From positions 202,370-266,369 of the forward strand of contig JANQQL010000050.1 in the NCBI GenBank assembly GCA_028289345.1: a stretch of 64,000 nt of DNA, given 5' to 3'. The stretch is from Planctomycetota bacterium (GTDB lineage Bacteria; Planctomycetota; B15-G4; SIAN01). Shown in pieces: positions 29,419-39,176 of the stretch (positions are counted from its first letter, which is position 1; every line of letters starts with the position of its first letter). The position numbers were made by a program, and so were the translations under genes. Below the pieces are notes generated by a model. It searched no databases. It was not told the DNA's origin and worked only from the letters and a program-made list of their open reading frames with translations.

Positions 29419-30546
29419 ATGAAATGGCCTTTGCGTATTGCTGTTTGGTCACTTGGATTGCTTCTCAGCACCGGCCCCTGCTTCGCCCATGGAGGCGTTC
29501 ATGTCACCGATGGCACCGGAGCTCGAGCCGGTGAATTCGAGAACGCCGTGAATGCCATGGCAGACGGCGACCTCTTGGTCGTTCGCGGGGACGGATTCTT
29601 CGCCTTGGACGGGCCGACTATTGACGGCAGGAGCGCCTTCATCGCGGTCGATCCCACGGCCACCGTTGACTTCAACGTCGTCAGCCTCACCATCCAGAAC
29701 CTTGGACCCGATCAAGTGGTCGCTCTTGTCGGCTTGAAGGGGACGATCCTCGAACTCGAGTTGAAGAACAACCAGGGCACGGTCTGGATCGAGGGAGTCG
29801 AGGCTCAGCACGGAGTCGTTGCCGAAAACTGCGACAACTTGGTGTTGGTCCGCACCGAGTTGAAACCATCGGATCCCTCGCTCGGGTTTGGGCAGACCGC
29901 CCTGATTCTGACCGACACCCGTGCCTCTCTGTACGGGTGCGAACTGACGGGGGGACATGGAATTTTCGTTGGGGGAGACGGCGGTCACGGGGTGGACCAT
30001 CTGCGAGGAGAGCTGTTCCTCTCTGACTCCACCGTCACGGGTGGCAGCGGCACCAACAACCACCGAAATGGGGACGCCGTTCGGATCGCAGGCAACGGAG
30101 CTCAACTGCACGTCCTTGACTCGGCACTCACGCCCGGACGCGGCGGTGTTTCGGGACTCTCCATCAACGCCTTCGCAAACACCCGCGTCGTGGAATTCCC
30201 GGGCCAGGCGCGAAGCATCTCGCTGCCTGGACCGACGGCATATGGTCAGCCGTTCACCACGAAGTTTCGGGGCCAACCAGGTGATGGCCTGTTGGTCATT
30301 CGCAACCTGGACCCGGACGGCGCTCTCTGGAAGCAACGACGCGGCGTGTTGCTCGTGGACCCGGTGGCTCCGCTGCTGACTCCTCTCGGATCGACCGCGA
30401 GCGGAGAGCTAGACGTCACTCTGAACGCCCCCACCCTTCCCAACCTCGACTTCTTCTGCCTTTTCTACCAGACCTCGTTCAACCCGGTGGGCGACAAGCC
30501 GATCCTCAGCGCACCGAGCGTTGGGATCTTCTATCGGGAACCGTGA
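29419..30546 (+). CDS. secreted right-handed beta-helix-like hypothetical protein
   Basis: Signal peptide MKWPLRIAVWSLGLLLSTGPCFA with RBS aaaggag. Gly/Asn-rich repeats (GGHGIFVGGDGGHGV, VTGGSGTNNHRNGD) suggest a parallel beta-helix. Confidence 0.6.
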   Translation: MKWPLRIAVWSLGLLLSTGPCFAHGGVHVTDGTGARAGEFENAVNAMADGDLLVVRGDGFFALDGPTIDGRSAFIAVDPTATVDFNVVSLTIQNLGPDQVVALVGLKGTILELELKNNQGTVWIEGVEAQHGVVAENCDNLVLVRTELKPSDPSLGFGQTALILTDTRASLYGCELTGGHGIFVGGDGGHGVDHLRGELFLSDSTVTGGSGTNNHRNGDAVRIAGNGAQLHVLDSALTPGRGGVSGLSINAFANTRVVEFPGQARSISLPGPTAYGQPFTTKFRGQPGDGLLVIRNLDPDGALWKQRRGVLLVDPVAPLLTPLGSTASGELDVTLNAPTLPNLDFFCLFYQTSFNPVGDKPILSAPSVGIFYREP

Positions 30547-30578
30547 ATCGGGATCGTTCCAGCCCACGGAAACGATGG

Positions 30579-32468
30579 TCACGGCCCATTCCGTAATCGT
30601 CGAGGCCGATCGCGATGGGAAGACTCTCGGCGGTCGTGATCAACGACCGCCGAGTTGCTGGATCCCATCTTGACTTGAGACTCCGGCAGCTTGGCCCTCG
30701 GGGACGCATCAACCCGCAGGTCTTCCAAGAGTGTCTTCGCTTCTCGCCTGGAGCGAGAGACTCGACTCAAGGAACTCTCCGCTCGCTCCCCTTGCTTTCG
30801 GTCCCCCCCTGGGGAACAGATGTCACTCGTGTAGAGAAGGTCCGTGGAGAACATCACCTGGCAACCATCCAGCCCGAAATCGGACACGGAGAAGTTTGAA
30901 AGAACGTCCTGGTTGATCTGCTGATTCAGCGAACTTCCGTCGATCGGCGCGACATGCAGGTTGAACGTGATTCCAAAGCGGTCGGCCAACACGCGATACA
31001 GGACGTGACGGCTTTCGGCACTCACCTCGTAGTCGATCACCCCTCCTCGCGGTGCCTGGCTGAGCAAGACTGGCTCCGAGGGAACATCCGACCGCATGCT
31101 GAACAGTTTTCCGTCTTCGAGGTGAATCAGCCACCTCCCATCGGGAGTCAGTGAGGCGTCAATGTTCAGAGTCCCACGTTCGAGCAGGACGAGCGAGGCA
31201 GAACTCTCGTCGATTGGCGAACTCACGACCCGAGAAGAAAAGCCTTCAATGACATCGAACACGACCAACTGACCGTCCGAAGAGATTTCGAAATCCCGGG
31301 TCCCAGGGCCTCGCCGAATCGGGCCACTCAGCTGGACTTCGGGCGCAGCCCCATCAATCGGAGCGCTGTACAGCTCGAAGACGCCATCCTCGAAAACATC
31401 CGCGCTGTAGACCACTCGGCGCCCGTCGGGGGAAATCTTGTACAGGCGAACGGCTTGATTCTCGGAGAACGATGGGTGGAGTCGCTTGCCTGGCGTTGAG
31501 CCGTCAATGGCCGTGGAGTAGAGCTGATACACCGCCGGCTGACTGTCGTCAGCGAGATAGACAACCCTCAGACTGTCTGGACTGATGCGGAATCCCCCGA
31601 CGTCACCGGGACCGGTGAGAGGTGAGTGCAACCGAACTTCCTCCGAGCTCCCGTCGAGAGAGACGCTGTAGAGTTCGTCAACGCCATCGACCTCTGCATC
31701 CGCAAGATACACCGCTCGCGTCCCGTCTGGACTGAGTTCGAAGGAGAGCACCGACGCCGATGTAGAAAACGGTCGGTGCAGGCGAACTCCAAGCTCGCTG
31801 CCGTCGATCGGCGCCCGAAACAGCTCCGACGGACCCGGCCAGATCTCGCCAAACGTGTAGACGACCGATTGTCCGTCCGCGCTGATGCGGAAGGATCGGA
31901 CCCGGCGATCGGAGAACTGAGGCGCATGCAGCCTTCGGGGCTCCGCGCTTCCGTCGGTGGGGACCGTGTAGAACTCCCAACCGCCATCGCGCGAGGCAGT
32001 GATGAATACGACCCACTGGCCATCCGGACTGAACAAGAACTCCAACGCTTGGCGGTTGGTGGGGTCCAACGCATACGGGGCACGACTCCCATCGAGAGGC
32101 ATCGCGTGCAAACCCAAGTACTCGAAAGACGTTCCGATGGGGACTCTGCCGTCAAAGACCAACGTCCGGCCGTCGGGGCTGCTCTTGAAGTCCGGCAACG
32201 AATCGAACTCGAGTGGAACCGTGACCCTGGGCATTCCTACGAAGGAAGCAACTCGCAGTGAATACCGGTTGTCTTCCAACACGAAGTAGATGAGACCTTT
32301 TCGGTCGGCGGTGAATCTCGCAAACCCGAAAGCGGGCGCTGGCCCGACCGCAGTTTGCAACGCGTCCGAGGCGGGCGTCGCGACGAAGAACGCGAGTCCC
32401 GAAAGAACGACCTGGCCAAACGAGGCCGCGGACAGAGTTCGAATCCGGAACATGGAGAGTCTCCTCAT
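30579..32468 (-). CDS. secreted WD40-like beta-propeller repeat protein (TolB-like)
   Basis: Signal peptide, then at least seven repeats of the form SPDG..VVY.A......ELYS.PIDGS. The C-terminal 80 aa are basic and low-complexity. Confidence 0.7.
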   Translation of the reverse strand: MRRLSMFRIRTLSAASFGQVVLSGLAFFVATPASDALQTAVGPAPAFGFARFTADRKGLIYFVLEDNRYSLRVASFVGMPRVTVPLEFDSLPDFKSSPDGRTLVFDGRVPIGTSFEYLGLHAMPLDGSRAPYALDPTNRQALEFLFSPDGQWVVFITASRDGGWEFYTVPTDGSAEPRRLHAPQFSDRRVRSFRISADGQSVVYTFGEIWPGPSELFRAPIDGSELGVRLHRPFSTSASVLSFELSPDGTRAVYLADAEVDGVDELYSVSLDGSSEEVRLHSPLTGPGDVGGFRISPDSLRVVYLADDSQPAVYQLYSTAIDGSTPGKRLHPSFSENQAVRLYKISPDGRRVVYSADVFEDGVFELYSAPIDGAAPEVQLSGPIRRGPGTRDFEISSDGQLVVFDVIEGFSSRVVSSPIDESSASLVLLERGTLNIDASLTPDGRWLIHLEDGKLFSMRSDVPSEPVLLSQAPRGGVIDYEVSAESRHVLYRVLADRFGITFNLHVAPIDGSSLNQQINQDVLSNFSVSDFGLDGCQVMFSTDLLYTSDICSPGGDRKQGERAESSLSRVSRSRREAKTLLEDLRVDASPRAKLPESQVKMGSSNSAVVDHDRRESSHRDRPRRLRNGP

Positions 32469-32764
32469 GGATGAGCCCAGTGGAAGCTCTTGAGGCAAAC
32501 GGTGTGCCTTGTCTCAGAGGTTCTCCTGATCGGGGGCGATGGCACTCCTTTCGGTGTTTCTGCCATGGATTGAGAAGGCGACGCTGTTTCCCACCGGTAA
32601 CGCGAAAACAAAGGGCCGCTGGACGCGAACCAGCGACGCCACGAGGCACCCGATTTGGGGGTTTGTTGAGACCGACCCGGCGCTGCGAGAAGAGCAAACT
32701 CCCTGGGGGCTTCCAGAAGGCGGTCAGCCACCCATGGCGAACGGCAAGGCGCGGAACTTCCCGA

Positions 32765-34213
32765 TCAAGCTTCCCGGGACGCTGCCACGAACTGCGCCGC
32801 CCCGCGGCCCGCAACCACGCCACTCGCATAGGCCCACTGGAAGTTGAAGCCACCAAGGCGGCCGGTCGCGTCGAGCACTTCGCCGCAGAAGAACAAACCC
32901 GGATGGTGGCGGCTCTCCAGGGTTTGGCGGCGCAGCTCGGACAAGTCGACGCCTCCCGCAGTGACCTCGGCTTTGGCGTAGCCGGCGTTGCCGGTGACCG
33001 AAAGAGAACGGTGCACCAGCTCCTCGTAGAGTCGGCGGCTCTGCTTCATGCTCAACTGCCGGCAGGAAGTCGTAGGAGGGATGTCGAGGGGGCTCAGGAA
33101 CACTTCGGCCAAACGACGGGGCAGTCGAGACCGGAGCACAACCGCGACCTCTCGAATCTCCCCGGCCAGAGTGGCCCGAAACGACTCCCAGGCGAGGGGG
33201 CTCGGGGTTTCCGCGGATCGCAAACAAGCACCGGGGGGCTTGGCCTCCCTCCGAAATCGCTCCCAGGGCGAGTCCTCTTCGGTCAAACTCCAGAAGTCAG
33301 CGCGAAGTTCGAAGGCGTTGTCGGAATCACCCGTAAGTTCACTGCTGATGTCAAGCGCCGCCGGGCCGGAGATGCCTTGATGGGTGAACAACATCGATCC
33401 GGCGCTGCGGGCCAGGGGGCGAAAACGAGTCCCGCTGATCTGCTCGACCGCGGTGCCTTTGGGAACGACCGAAAGAATCACGGGGTGAGTCATCCCGGCC
33501 AAGCCGGCTACCTGATCGGACGACAAGTGCAACGGAACCAACGCGGGTCGCACACGAACCAACGAATGGCCGAGCGACTCGGCAAGCTGAAAGCCGAACC
33601 CGGTCGATCCTGTGGACGGAATGCTCTTGCCACCCGTCGCGATGACGAGGGCTTTGGCTCGAAACACTTGGGACCTCGTGCGCAACGACCAGCCCACGGG
33701 CTTCCCATCCTCGGGAGTCGCTTCGTGACCAGGCGATGGGGGAGTCGCGAACTGCTCCCGATCCACCGACTCCACTCGCTGTTCCGAGTGCACCGTGGCA
33801 CCGGCTCCGCGCACTGCATCCAACCACGAACGAAGGACGTCTTGCGCGCGATTGCTGCGAGGAAACACCTTGCCAAGGGACTCCTCGCGAACAGGAACTC
33901 CTCGGGATTCCAGCCACTCGGTCATGTCGCGAGGGGAGTAGGCCGCAAGCACCGCGCGCACATGATGAGGCGAACGGGTGATGTAATCCTCGAGACCCAC
34001 TCGGACATTGGTGACGTTGCAACGGCCACCGCCCGAAATCAGAATCTTGCGTCCGAGGCGCGCGGATCCGTCGAGCACCGCCACGGACGGCACCGGCCCC
34101 GACGGCTTTCCTGACGGGCCTTCGGAAAGTCCGCCGCGAGCCGCCAGGGCCGCCAATTGTCCCGCCGCTCCGGCGCCGACGATGACGATGTCCGCGTGAT
34201 GGATCTGACTCAA
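32765..34213 (-). CDS. NAD(P)/FAD-dependent oxidoreductase, HI0933/BaiN-like flavoprotein
   Basis: N-terminal ADIVIVGAGAAGQLAA dinucleotide fold, GGGRCNVTN motif, and C-terminal FFCGEVLDATGRLGGFNFQWAYASG. Confidence 0.85.
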   Translation of the reverse strand: MSQIHHADIVIVGAGAAGQLAALAARGGLSEGPSGKPSGPVPSVAVLDGSARLGRKILISGGGRCNVTNVRVGLEDYITRSPHHVRAVLAAYSPRDMTEWLESRGVPVREESLGKVFPRSNRAQDVLRSWLDAVRGAGATVHSEQRVESVDREQFATPPSPGHEATPEDGKPVGWSLRTRSQVFRAKALVIATGGKSIPSTGSTGFGFQLAESLGHSLVRVRPALVPLHLSSDQVAGLAGMTHPVILSVVPKGTAVEQISGTRFRPLARSAGSMLFTHQGISGPAALDISSELTGDSDNAFELRADFWSLTEEDSPWERFRREAKPPGACLRSAETPSPLAWESFRATLAGEIREVAVVLRSRLPRRLAEVFLSPLDIPPTTSCRQLSMKQSRRLYEELVHRSLSVTGNAGYAKAEVTAGGVDLSELRRQTLESRHHPGLFFCGEVLDATGRLGGFNFQWAYASGVVAGRGAAQFVAASREA

Positions 34214-34574
34214 CGAGCGTCATTCCTCATTCAACAGTGTCCCTCGGAACGAGACTTCTGCGGCGGGGTCGAGCCCAAGAACCCGCTCGCCAGGCCCTCC
34301 GCATTCGGACCGCACCGTGTGCCTCCGCGAGCATTCTCACTCGGGTTCGCCGATGTGGGGGAGCCACGCTCGCAACCAGCACCTCCACCTGCCCTCCAAC
34401 ATCCGGCCGTCCCCGCCGTATCGCTGCCGCGAAGGTCCCGGTCGTGTCACCCGTCGTCCGAACTCCGCCCGGGAACGCGCGCCCAAGGAAGTCAGGGCCG
34501 TCACACCTTGTGCGTGATCTCCGCCGAGCGATGATCGCGCCTCCAATCTCTTGAACGATGGGAGCAACCTTCAC

Positions 34575-37500
34575 ATGAACCGACTGCTGGGCTCGATCAC
34601 TTTGCTTCTGGCCGGGATGGCCAATCCTGCGAGCGGGCAGGAAGAAGCCCGTTTGCTGCGCTTCCCCCACATTCAGGGCGATCGTATCGCGTTCGTCTAC
34701 GGCGGGGACATCTGGACCTCGACCGCTCAGGGCGGACCGGCCCGACGCATCACCAGTCACGACGAAGGATTCGAGCTGTTCCCGCGGATCTCTCCCGACG
34801 GTCAGTGGATCGCTTTCTCGGCCGAGTACTCCGGATCGAGGCAGATCTACCTGGTGCCTTTCCAAGGTGGGCAGCCGCGCCAGCTCACGTTCTATCCGGA
34901 CGTCGGCCCCATGCCTCCGCGGGGTGGCTACGACCACCTGCCGTTCGACTGGACGCCGGACGGCAAGAAGCTGCTGATCAAGGCCAATCGAACGCCCTAC
35001 GGACAGCGAGTCGCTCGCTACTTCCTGGTCGACCCGTGGAACGGAGGACTGGAAGAGCCGCTGCAGATTCCCGAAGGCGGCCCGGCTTCCTTTTCTCCCG
35101 ACGGGACCAAACTCGCCTACAACATCATCAGCCGCGAATGGCGCACCTGGAAGCGGTACAAGGCGGGGCGAGCTCAGGACATCTTCGTTTACGACCTGCA
35201 GCGAGACACCATCGACCAGATCACCGACTTCAATGGCACGGACAACTTCCCGATGTGGGTGGGCAATCGCATCTACTTCACTTCGGATCGCACCGGCACG
35301 TTGAATCTCTACCGGCACGACCTCGAAACCAAGGAAACCACCCAGATCACCACTTTCACCGACTTCGACGTGCTCTTCCCGAGTCGTGGTCGCGGGGGCG
35401 TCATCTTCGAGTGTGGCGGCTGGCTGTACGTGATGGACACCAAAGACGAAACCGTGCGTCGCTTGTCCATCAACCTGGCCGACGACCGCCCGTGGCTGCG
35501 CCCGTCGTGGAAGTCGGGCAGCGTGGCCTCCTACGACATTTCTCCTTCCGCCAAGCGAGCGGTGGTCGAGTACCGCGGCGAGGTGTTCGACGTGCCCGCC
35601 AAGAACGGTCGCGGCCGCAACTTGACCAGGACCCCGGATCGCCGCGAGCACTCGGTGAACTGGTCGCCGGACGGCAAGCACATCTCCTATCTGGCAGAGG
35701 TGGGAGAGGACTACGAGCTGTTCGTGCGTTCGACGGTGAGCGGCGAAGAGCGCCAGCTCACGAACAACAGCGGCGCCTGGATCCTCGGCACTTCGTGGTC
35801 GCCGAACTCGGAGCACATCGCGTTCGCCGACAAGGCCAATCAGCTGCGCTTGGTGAATGTGGAGAGTGGCGACGTCTCGACCCTGGATCGATCGACGGAA
35901 GGAACCATCAACTCCGCTTCCTGGTCCGGAGACAGCCACTGGCTGACGTACACCAAGAGTTCGCCGAATGGTTTCAACTCGGTGTGGGTGTGCCCGATTC
36001 GTGACGGCAAGCCGACCCAGGTGACCACCGATCACTATCAAGACGGCAGCCCCGCCTTCGACCCGGATGGCAACTACCTGTACTTCGTTTCGGCCCGAGA
36101 CTTCCAGTTCGGTGACATGAACTTCGACTCGCGTCTGTACGCGCTGCTGCTGCGGGAAGACGTGGATTCCCCGCTGGCGCCGAAGGAAGACGTGGAGGCG
36201 GCCACCGAGGAAGAGGAGGAAGACGAAGCAGACGGCGGGAACGAGCAGGAGGATGGCGGCGAAGAAGACGCCGGCGCGGACGCGAACGCCGAATCCAAGG
36301 ACGAAGCGAGTGACACCGAAGAAGCGGCCGACGAAGCCAAGGATGCCGCGGACTCGGATGATGACACCGGAGACTCCGAAGAAGAGGAAGACGAACCGCT
36401 CCAGATCGACCTCGACGGGATCATGGATCGCTTGGTCGCGCTGCCAGGGAGCCCGGGCAGCTACTTCAATCTGGAAGGCGTCCCCGGCGGCTTCTTGTTC
36501 GTGAGCAACGGCAACCTCCAGCGCTACGACCTGGAAGGGCGCGAGGCCAAGACCGTGCTGGAAGGCGTCAGTGGTTACATGACCACGCCGGATGGCAAGA
36601 AGCTGCTGTATCGCTACCGCGGGAATCTCGCGATCTCTGGTGCGACCCCGGGACAGAAGGCGGGTGCCTCTCCGGTGCGCGTGGACGAGGTCGAAGTGCG
36701 GATCGACCCGCGAGTCGAGTGGGCCCAGATCTACATGGACGCCTGGCGCATCATGCGCGACTGGTTCTACGACACCGAAATGCATGGCGTCGACTGGCGC
36801 GGAATGCGGGAGAAGTACGAACCGTTGGTTCCTCACGTCGCCCATCGCGACGATCTGGACTTCCTGATGGGTGAGCTGATCGGTGAGCTCAACGCCGGTC
36901 ACACCTACGTGTTCCCGGGAGAGTCCCCGCGAGTGAACCGGGTCGACACCGGGACGCTGGGTTGCGACTTCGTCAAGGACTCCGGCCGCTACCGCATTTC
37001 CAAGATCTTCGGCGGTCGCCGCTGGAACGCCTCCGAGCGCTCCCCGTTGGCCCAAGCCGGGGTCGACGCCAAGGAAAATGATTACCTGCTGGAGATCGAC
37101 GGGCACGACGTCACAACCTCAGACAATCCGTTCCGGTTCCTGGAGAACCGGGTTGGTGTTCAGGTCACCTTGCTGTTGAACGACAAGCCGGAAAAGGAAG
37201 GTGCTCGGGAAGTCGTGGTGACGCCGATCGCTTCGGAAGTCACTTTGCGCTACATCGACTGGGTCGAGTCCAATGCGGCGATGGTCGACGAACTCTCGGA
37301 CGGACGCATCGGCTACGTGCACGTTCCCAACACCGCGGTGCCCGGTCATCGGGCCCTGTTCGAAGGCTTCCCTCCCCAAGCGCGGGTCAAGGATGCCATG
37401 ATCATCGACGACCGCTACAACGGTGGCGGGTTCATCCCGGCGCGCATGATCGCCTCCCTCGCCTCGCCGGTCCTGAACTATTGGTCCCAGCGAGAGACCA

Positions 37501-37913
37501 CCTTGAGCGCCACCCCGGCCACCGGGTTTGACGGCCCCATGGCCATGCTGATCAACGGCTACTCGAGCTCCGGCGGTGACGCGTTCCCCTTCTACTTCCG
37601 TCGCCTGGGACTCGGAAAGCTCATCGGCAAGACCACCTGGGGCGGACTGATCGGCTATTCCGGCTCGCCCAACATGGTGGACGGCGGCGGGCTTGCCGTT
37701 CCCAGCTTCTCGTTCGTCAACCTGGACGGGGAGTGGGACGTGGAAGCCGTCGGGGTCGATCCGGACATCGAGGTTTTCGATGACCCGACCCAGATCCAGG
37801 CTGGCCGCCAGCCGACCCTGGAAGCCGCGGTGAAACACCTGCTCGAAGAACTCGAGCGCAATCCTCCGCCGGTCACCCCGCCGACGCCGGCGGGTCCCAA
37901 GCGGAACAAGTAG
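34575..37913 (+). CDS. tricorn protease homolog (S41-family C-terminal peptidase, beta-propeller and PDZ)
   Basis: Signal peptide. The N-terminus RFPHIQGDRIAFVYGGDIWTS ... SPDGQWIAFSAEY ... LTFYP is the characteristic tricorn start. There is a C-terminal S41 peptidase region and an unusual acidic insert near 36170..36420. Confidence 0.85.
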   Translation: MNRLLGSITLLLAGMANPASGQEEARLLRFPHIQGDRIAFVYGGDIWTSTAQGGPARRITSHDEGFELFPRISPDGQWIAFSAEYSGSRQIYLVPFQGGQPRQLTFYPDVGPMPPRGGYDHLPFDWTPDGKKLLIKANRTPYGQRVARYFLVDPWNGGLEEPLQIPEGGPASFSPDGTKLAYNIISREWRTWKRYKAGRAQDIFVYDLQRDTIDQITDFNGTDNFPMWVGNRIYFTSDRTGTLNLYRHDLETKETTQITTFTDFDVLFPSRGRGGVIFECGGWLYVMDTKDETVRRLSINLADDRPWLRPSWKSGSVASYDISPSAKRAVVEYRGEVFDVPAKNGRGRNLTRTPDRREHSVNWSPDGKHISYLAEVGEDYELFVRSTVSGEERQLTNNSGAWILGTSWSPNSEHIAFADKANQLRLVNVESGDVSTLDRSTEGTINSASWSGDSHWLTYTKSSPNGFNSVWVCPIRDGKPTQVTTDHYQDGSPAFDPDGNYLYFVSARDFQFGDMNFDSRLYALLLREDVDSPLAPKEDVEAATEEEEEDEADGGNEQEDGGEEDAGADANAESKDEASDTEEAADEAKDAADSDDDTGDSEEEEDEPLQIDLDGIMDRLVALPGSPGSYFNLEGVPGGFLFVSNGNLQRYDLEGREAKTVLEGVSGYMTTPDGKKLLYRYRGNLAISGATPGQKAGASPVRVDEVEVRIDPRVEWAQIYMDAWRIMRDWFYDTEMHGVDWRGMREKYEPLVPHVAHRDDLDFLMGELIGELNAGHTYVFPGESPRVNRVDTGTLGCDFVKDSGRYRISKIFGGRRWNASERSPLAQAGVDAKENDYLLEIDGHDVTTSDNPFRFLENRVGVQVTLLLNDKPEKEGAREVVVTPIASEVTLRYIDWVESNAAMVDELSDGRIGYVHVPNTAVPGHRALFEGFPPQARVKDAMIIDDRYNGGGFIPARMIASLASPVLNYWSQRETTLSATPATGFDGPMAMLINGYSSSGGDAFPFYFRRLGLGKLIGKTTWGGLIGYSGSPNMVDGGGLAVPSFSFVNLDGEWDVEAVGVDPDIEVFDDPTQIQAGRQPTLEAAVKHLLEELERNPPPVTPPTPAGPKRNK

Positions 37914-37946
37914 TCGTTCGGTCGATCAACGACAACCAAGCCGGGG

Positions 37947-38561
37947 GTGGTTCCCAAGGAGCTACCCCCGGCGCCGTACCCAGCACCCACTCACAGCGAG
38001 GCCCCCGAGATCGAGATCGTCGACCATTCGTCTCGTATCGAAGAACTTCTGGCTCGGTACCAGAAGTGCATCGGGCAGGACTTCGCCGGTTACCGGAACC
38101 ACGTCTATCGCGTGCTGACCTACGCGATGCATTTCCTCGAGCAGGACGAATCGGTCCGCTCAACCGTCGAGACGGCCCTCGTCTATCACGACCTCGGACT
38201 GTGGACCGCCCACGACTTGGCCTACCTGGAACCCTCGGAAGCGAAGGCGCGGGAGGATGCGGTCCGGCAAGACTGGGGTCTCGACATCGAGACCGTGGTG
38301 AGGGCCATTCACTGGCATCACAAGGTCACGCCCTATCGCGGCCCTGACGCCCGAGTGGTGAATGCCGTGCGGCGAGCCGACTGGATCGATGCCACCCAAG
38401 GCATGTTCCGCAAGGGACTGTCCAAGGACCAGGTTGCCCGGGTCGAGAACGCAATCCCCAACGAGGGCTTCCACGACGCCCTCCAGCGTCTGGCCACAGA
38501 GTACGGCGGCTCCGCGTTGCGAGGAAACCTGCGGGTCCTCCGCCGAGTCTTCCAACTGTGA
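37947..38561 (+). CDS. hypothetical protein, possibly HD-domain phosphohydrolase-like
   Basis: H...HD...H pattern (HVYRVL ... LVYHDLGLW ... IHWHHK). Weak assignment. Confidence 0.45.
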   Translation: MVPKELPPAPYPAPTHSEAPEIEIVDHSSRIEELLARYQKCIGQDFAGYRNHVYRVLTYAMHFLEQDESVRSTVETALVYHDLGLWTAHDLAYLEPSEAKAREDAVRQDWGLDIETVVRAIHWHHKVTPYRGPDARVVNAVRRADWIDATQGMFRKGLSKDQVARVENAIPNEGFHDALQRLATEYGGSALRGNLRVLRRVFQL

Positions 38562-38657
38562 GTCGTCATCCGGCGCCGAGGCGCGATCCTCGGGCCGGTG
38601 AAACTGCCACGGCACCGGATGACGAGGAACCGACCAGTGATCGAGTCGGACTCCTGG

Positions 38658-39176
38658 CTACTCCAGGTTCTCGATCAGGGTCAGCAGTGCGTCCCCATGC
38701 GCGCGCACGTCCACTTCTTCGTCGATGTGGCGAAGAACGCCTTCACTGTCGATGATGAAGGTGACGCGCTTGCTGTAGGCACCGTTGGGCATGAGCACGC
38801 CGTACTTGCGGGCGGCGCTACCGTCGGGGTCGCTCAACAAGGGAAAATTCAGGCCCTCGTTCTTGGCGAACGCGGCCTGGGAAGCGACGTCGTCGAGGCT
38901 GATGCCGTAGACCTGAACCCCTAGAATTTCGAAGTCGTCCGCTGCGTCCCGCAGCGAGTTCACTTCCATGGTTCAGCCAGGGGTGGCGGCCTTGGGGTAG
39001 AAGGCCAACACGGTCCAGTCGAAGTCTTCGCCGGCCGGAACTTCCGTCAGCTTTCCTTCGTGATTGTTGAGGCGAAGCTTCGGAGCGGGTTGCCCGACTT
39101 CGGGCATCTTCATTTCGTCCGCCACCGAGAACGCCAACGTGGCCGCCGCAGCAGCGACCAGGAAGAGTGACTTCAT
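38658..39176 (-). CDS. secreted peroxiredoxin (AhpC/TSA/Bcp family) with in-frame UGA at the peroxidatic Cys position; candidate selenoprotein
   Basis: Two adjacent same-frame ORFs (38973..39320 and 38658..38969) are separated only by TGA at 38975..38973. The joined protein reads signal peptide MKSLFLVAAAAATLAFS ... WTVLAFYPKAATPG-U-TMEVNSLRD ... GISLDDVASQAAFAKNEGLNFPLLSDPDGSAARKYGV. The TGA sits exactly where Prx has Cys in FYPKDFTPGCT. A perfect 7-bp hairpin lies 14 nt downstream. Confidence 0.6.
38938..38958 (-). ncRNA. candidate bacterial SECIS-like hairpin downstream of the in-frame UGA
   Basis: On the minus strand: UGA ACC AUG GAA GUG AAC U-CGCUGCG-GGA-CGCAGCG. A 7-bp perfect stem (8 with a U-G pair) and a GGA loop start 14 nt after the UGA. 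Confidence 0.4.

Noticed and set aside
32471-34114. 547-aa plus-strand ORF
   Set aside because: Antisense to the flavoprotein gene with a canonical GxGxxG FAD-binding N-terminus. The plus-strand translation is R/G-rich and low-complexity.
34227-37106. 959-aa ORF on the minus strand
   Set aside because: It lies entirely antisense to the well-supported tricorn protease gene. The translation is R/G/H/V-rich and low-complexity, as expected for shadow ORFs in high-GC DNA.
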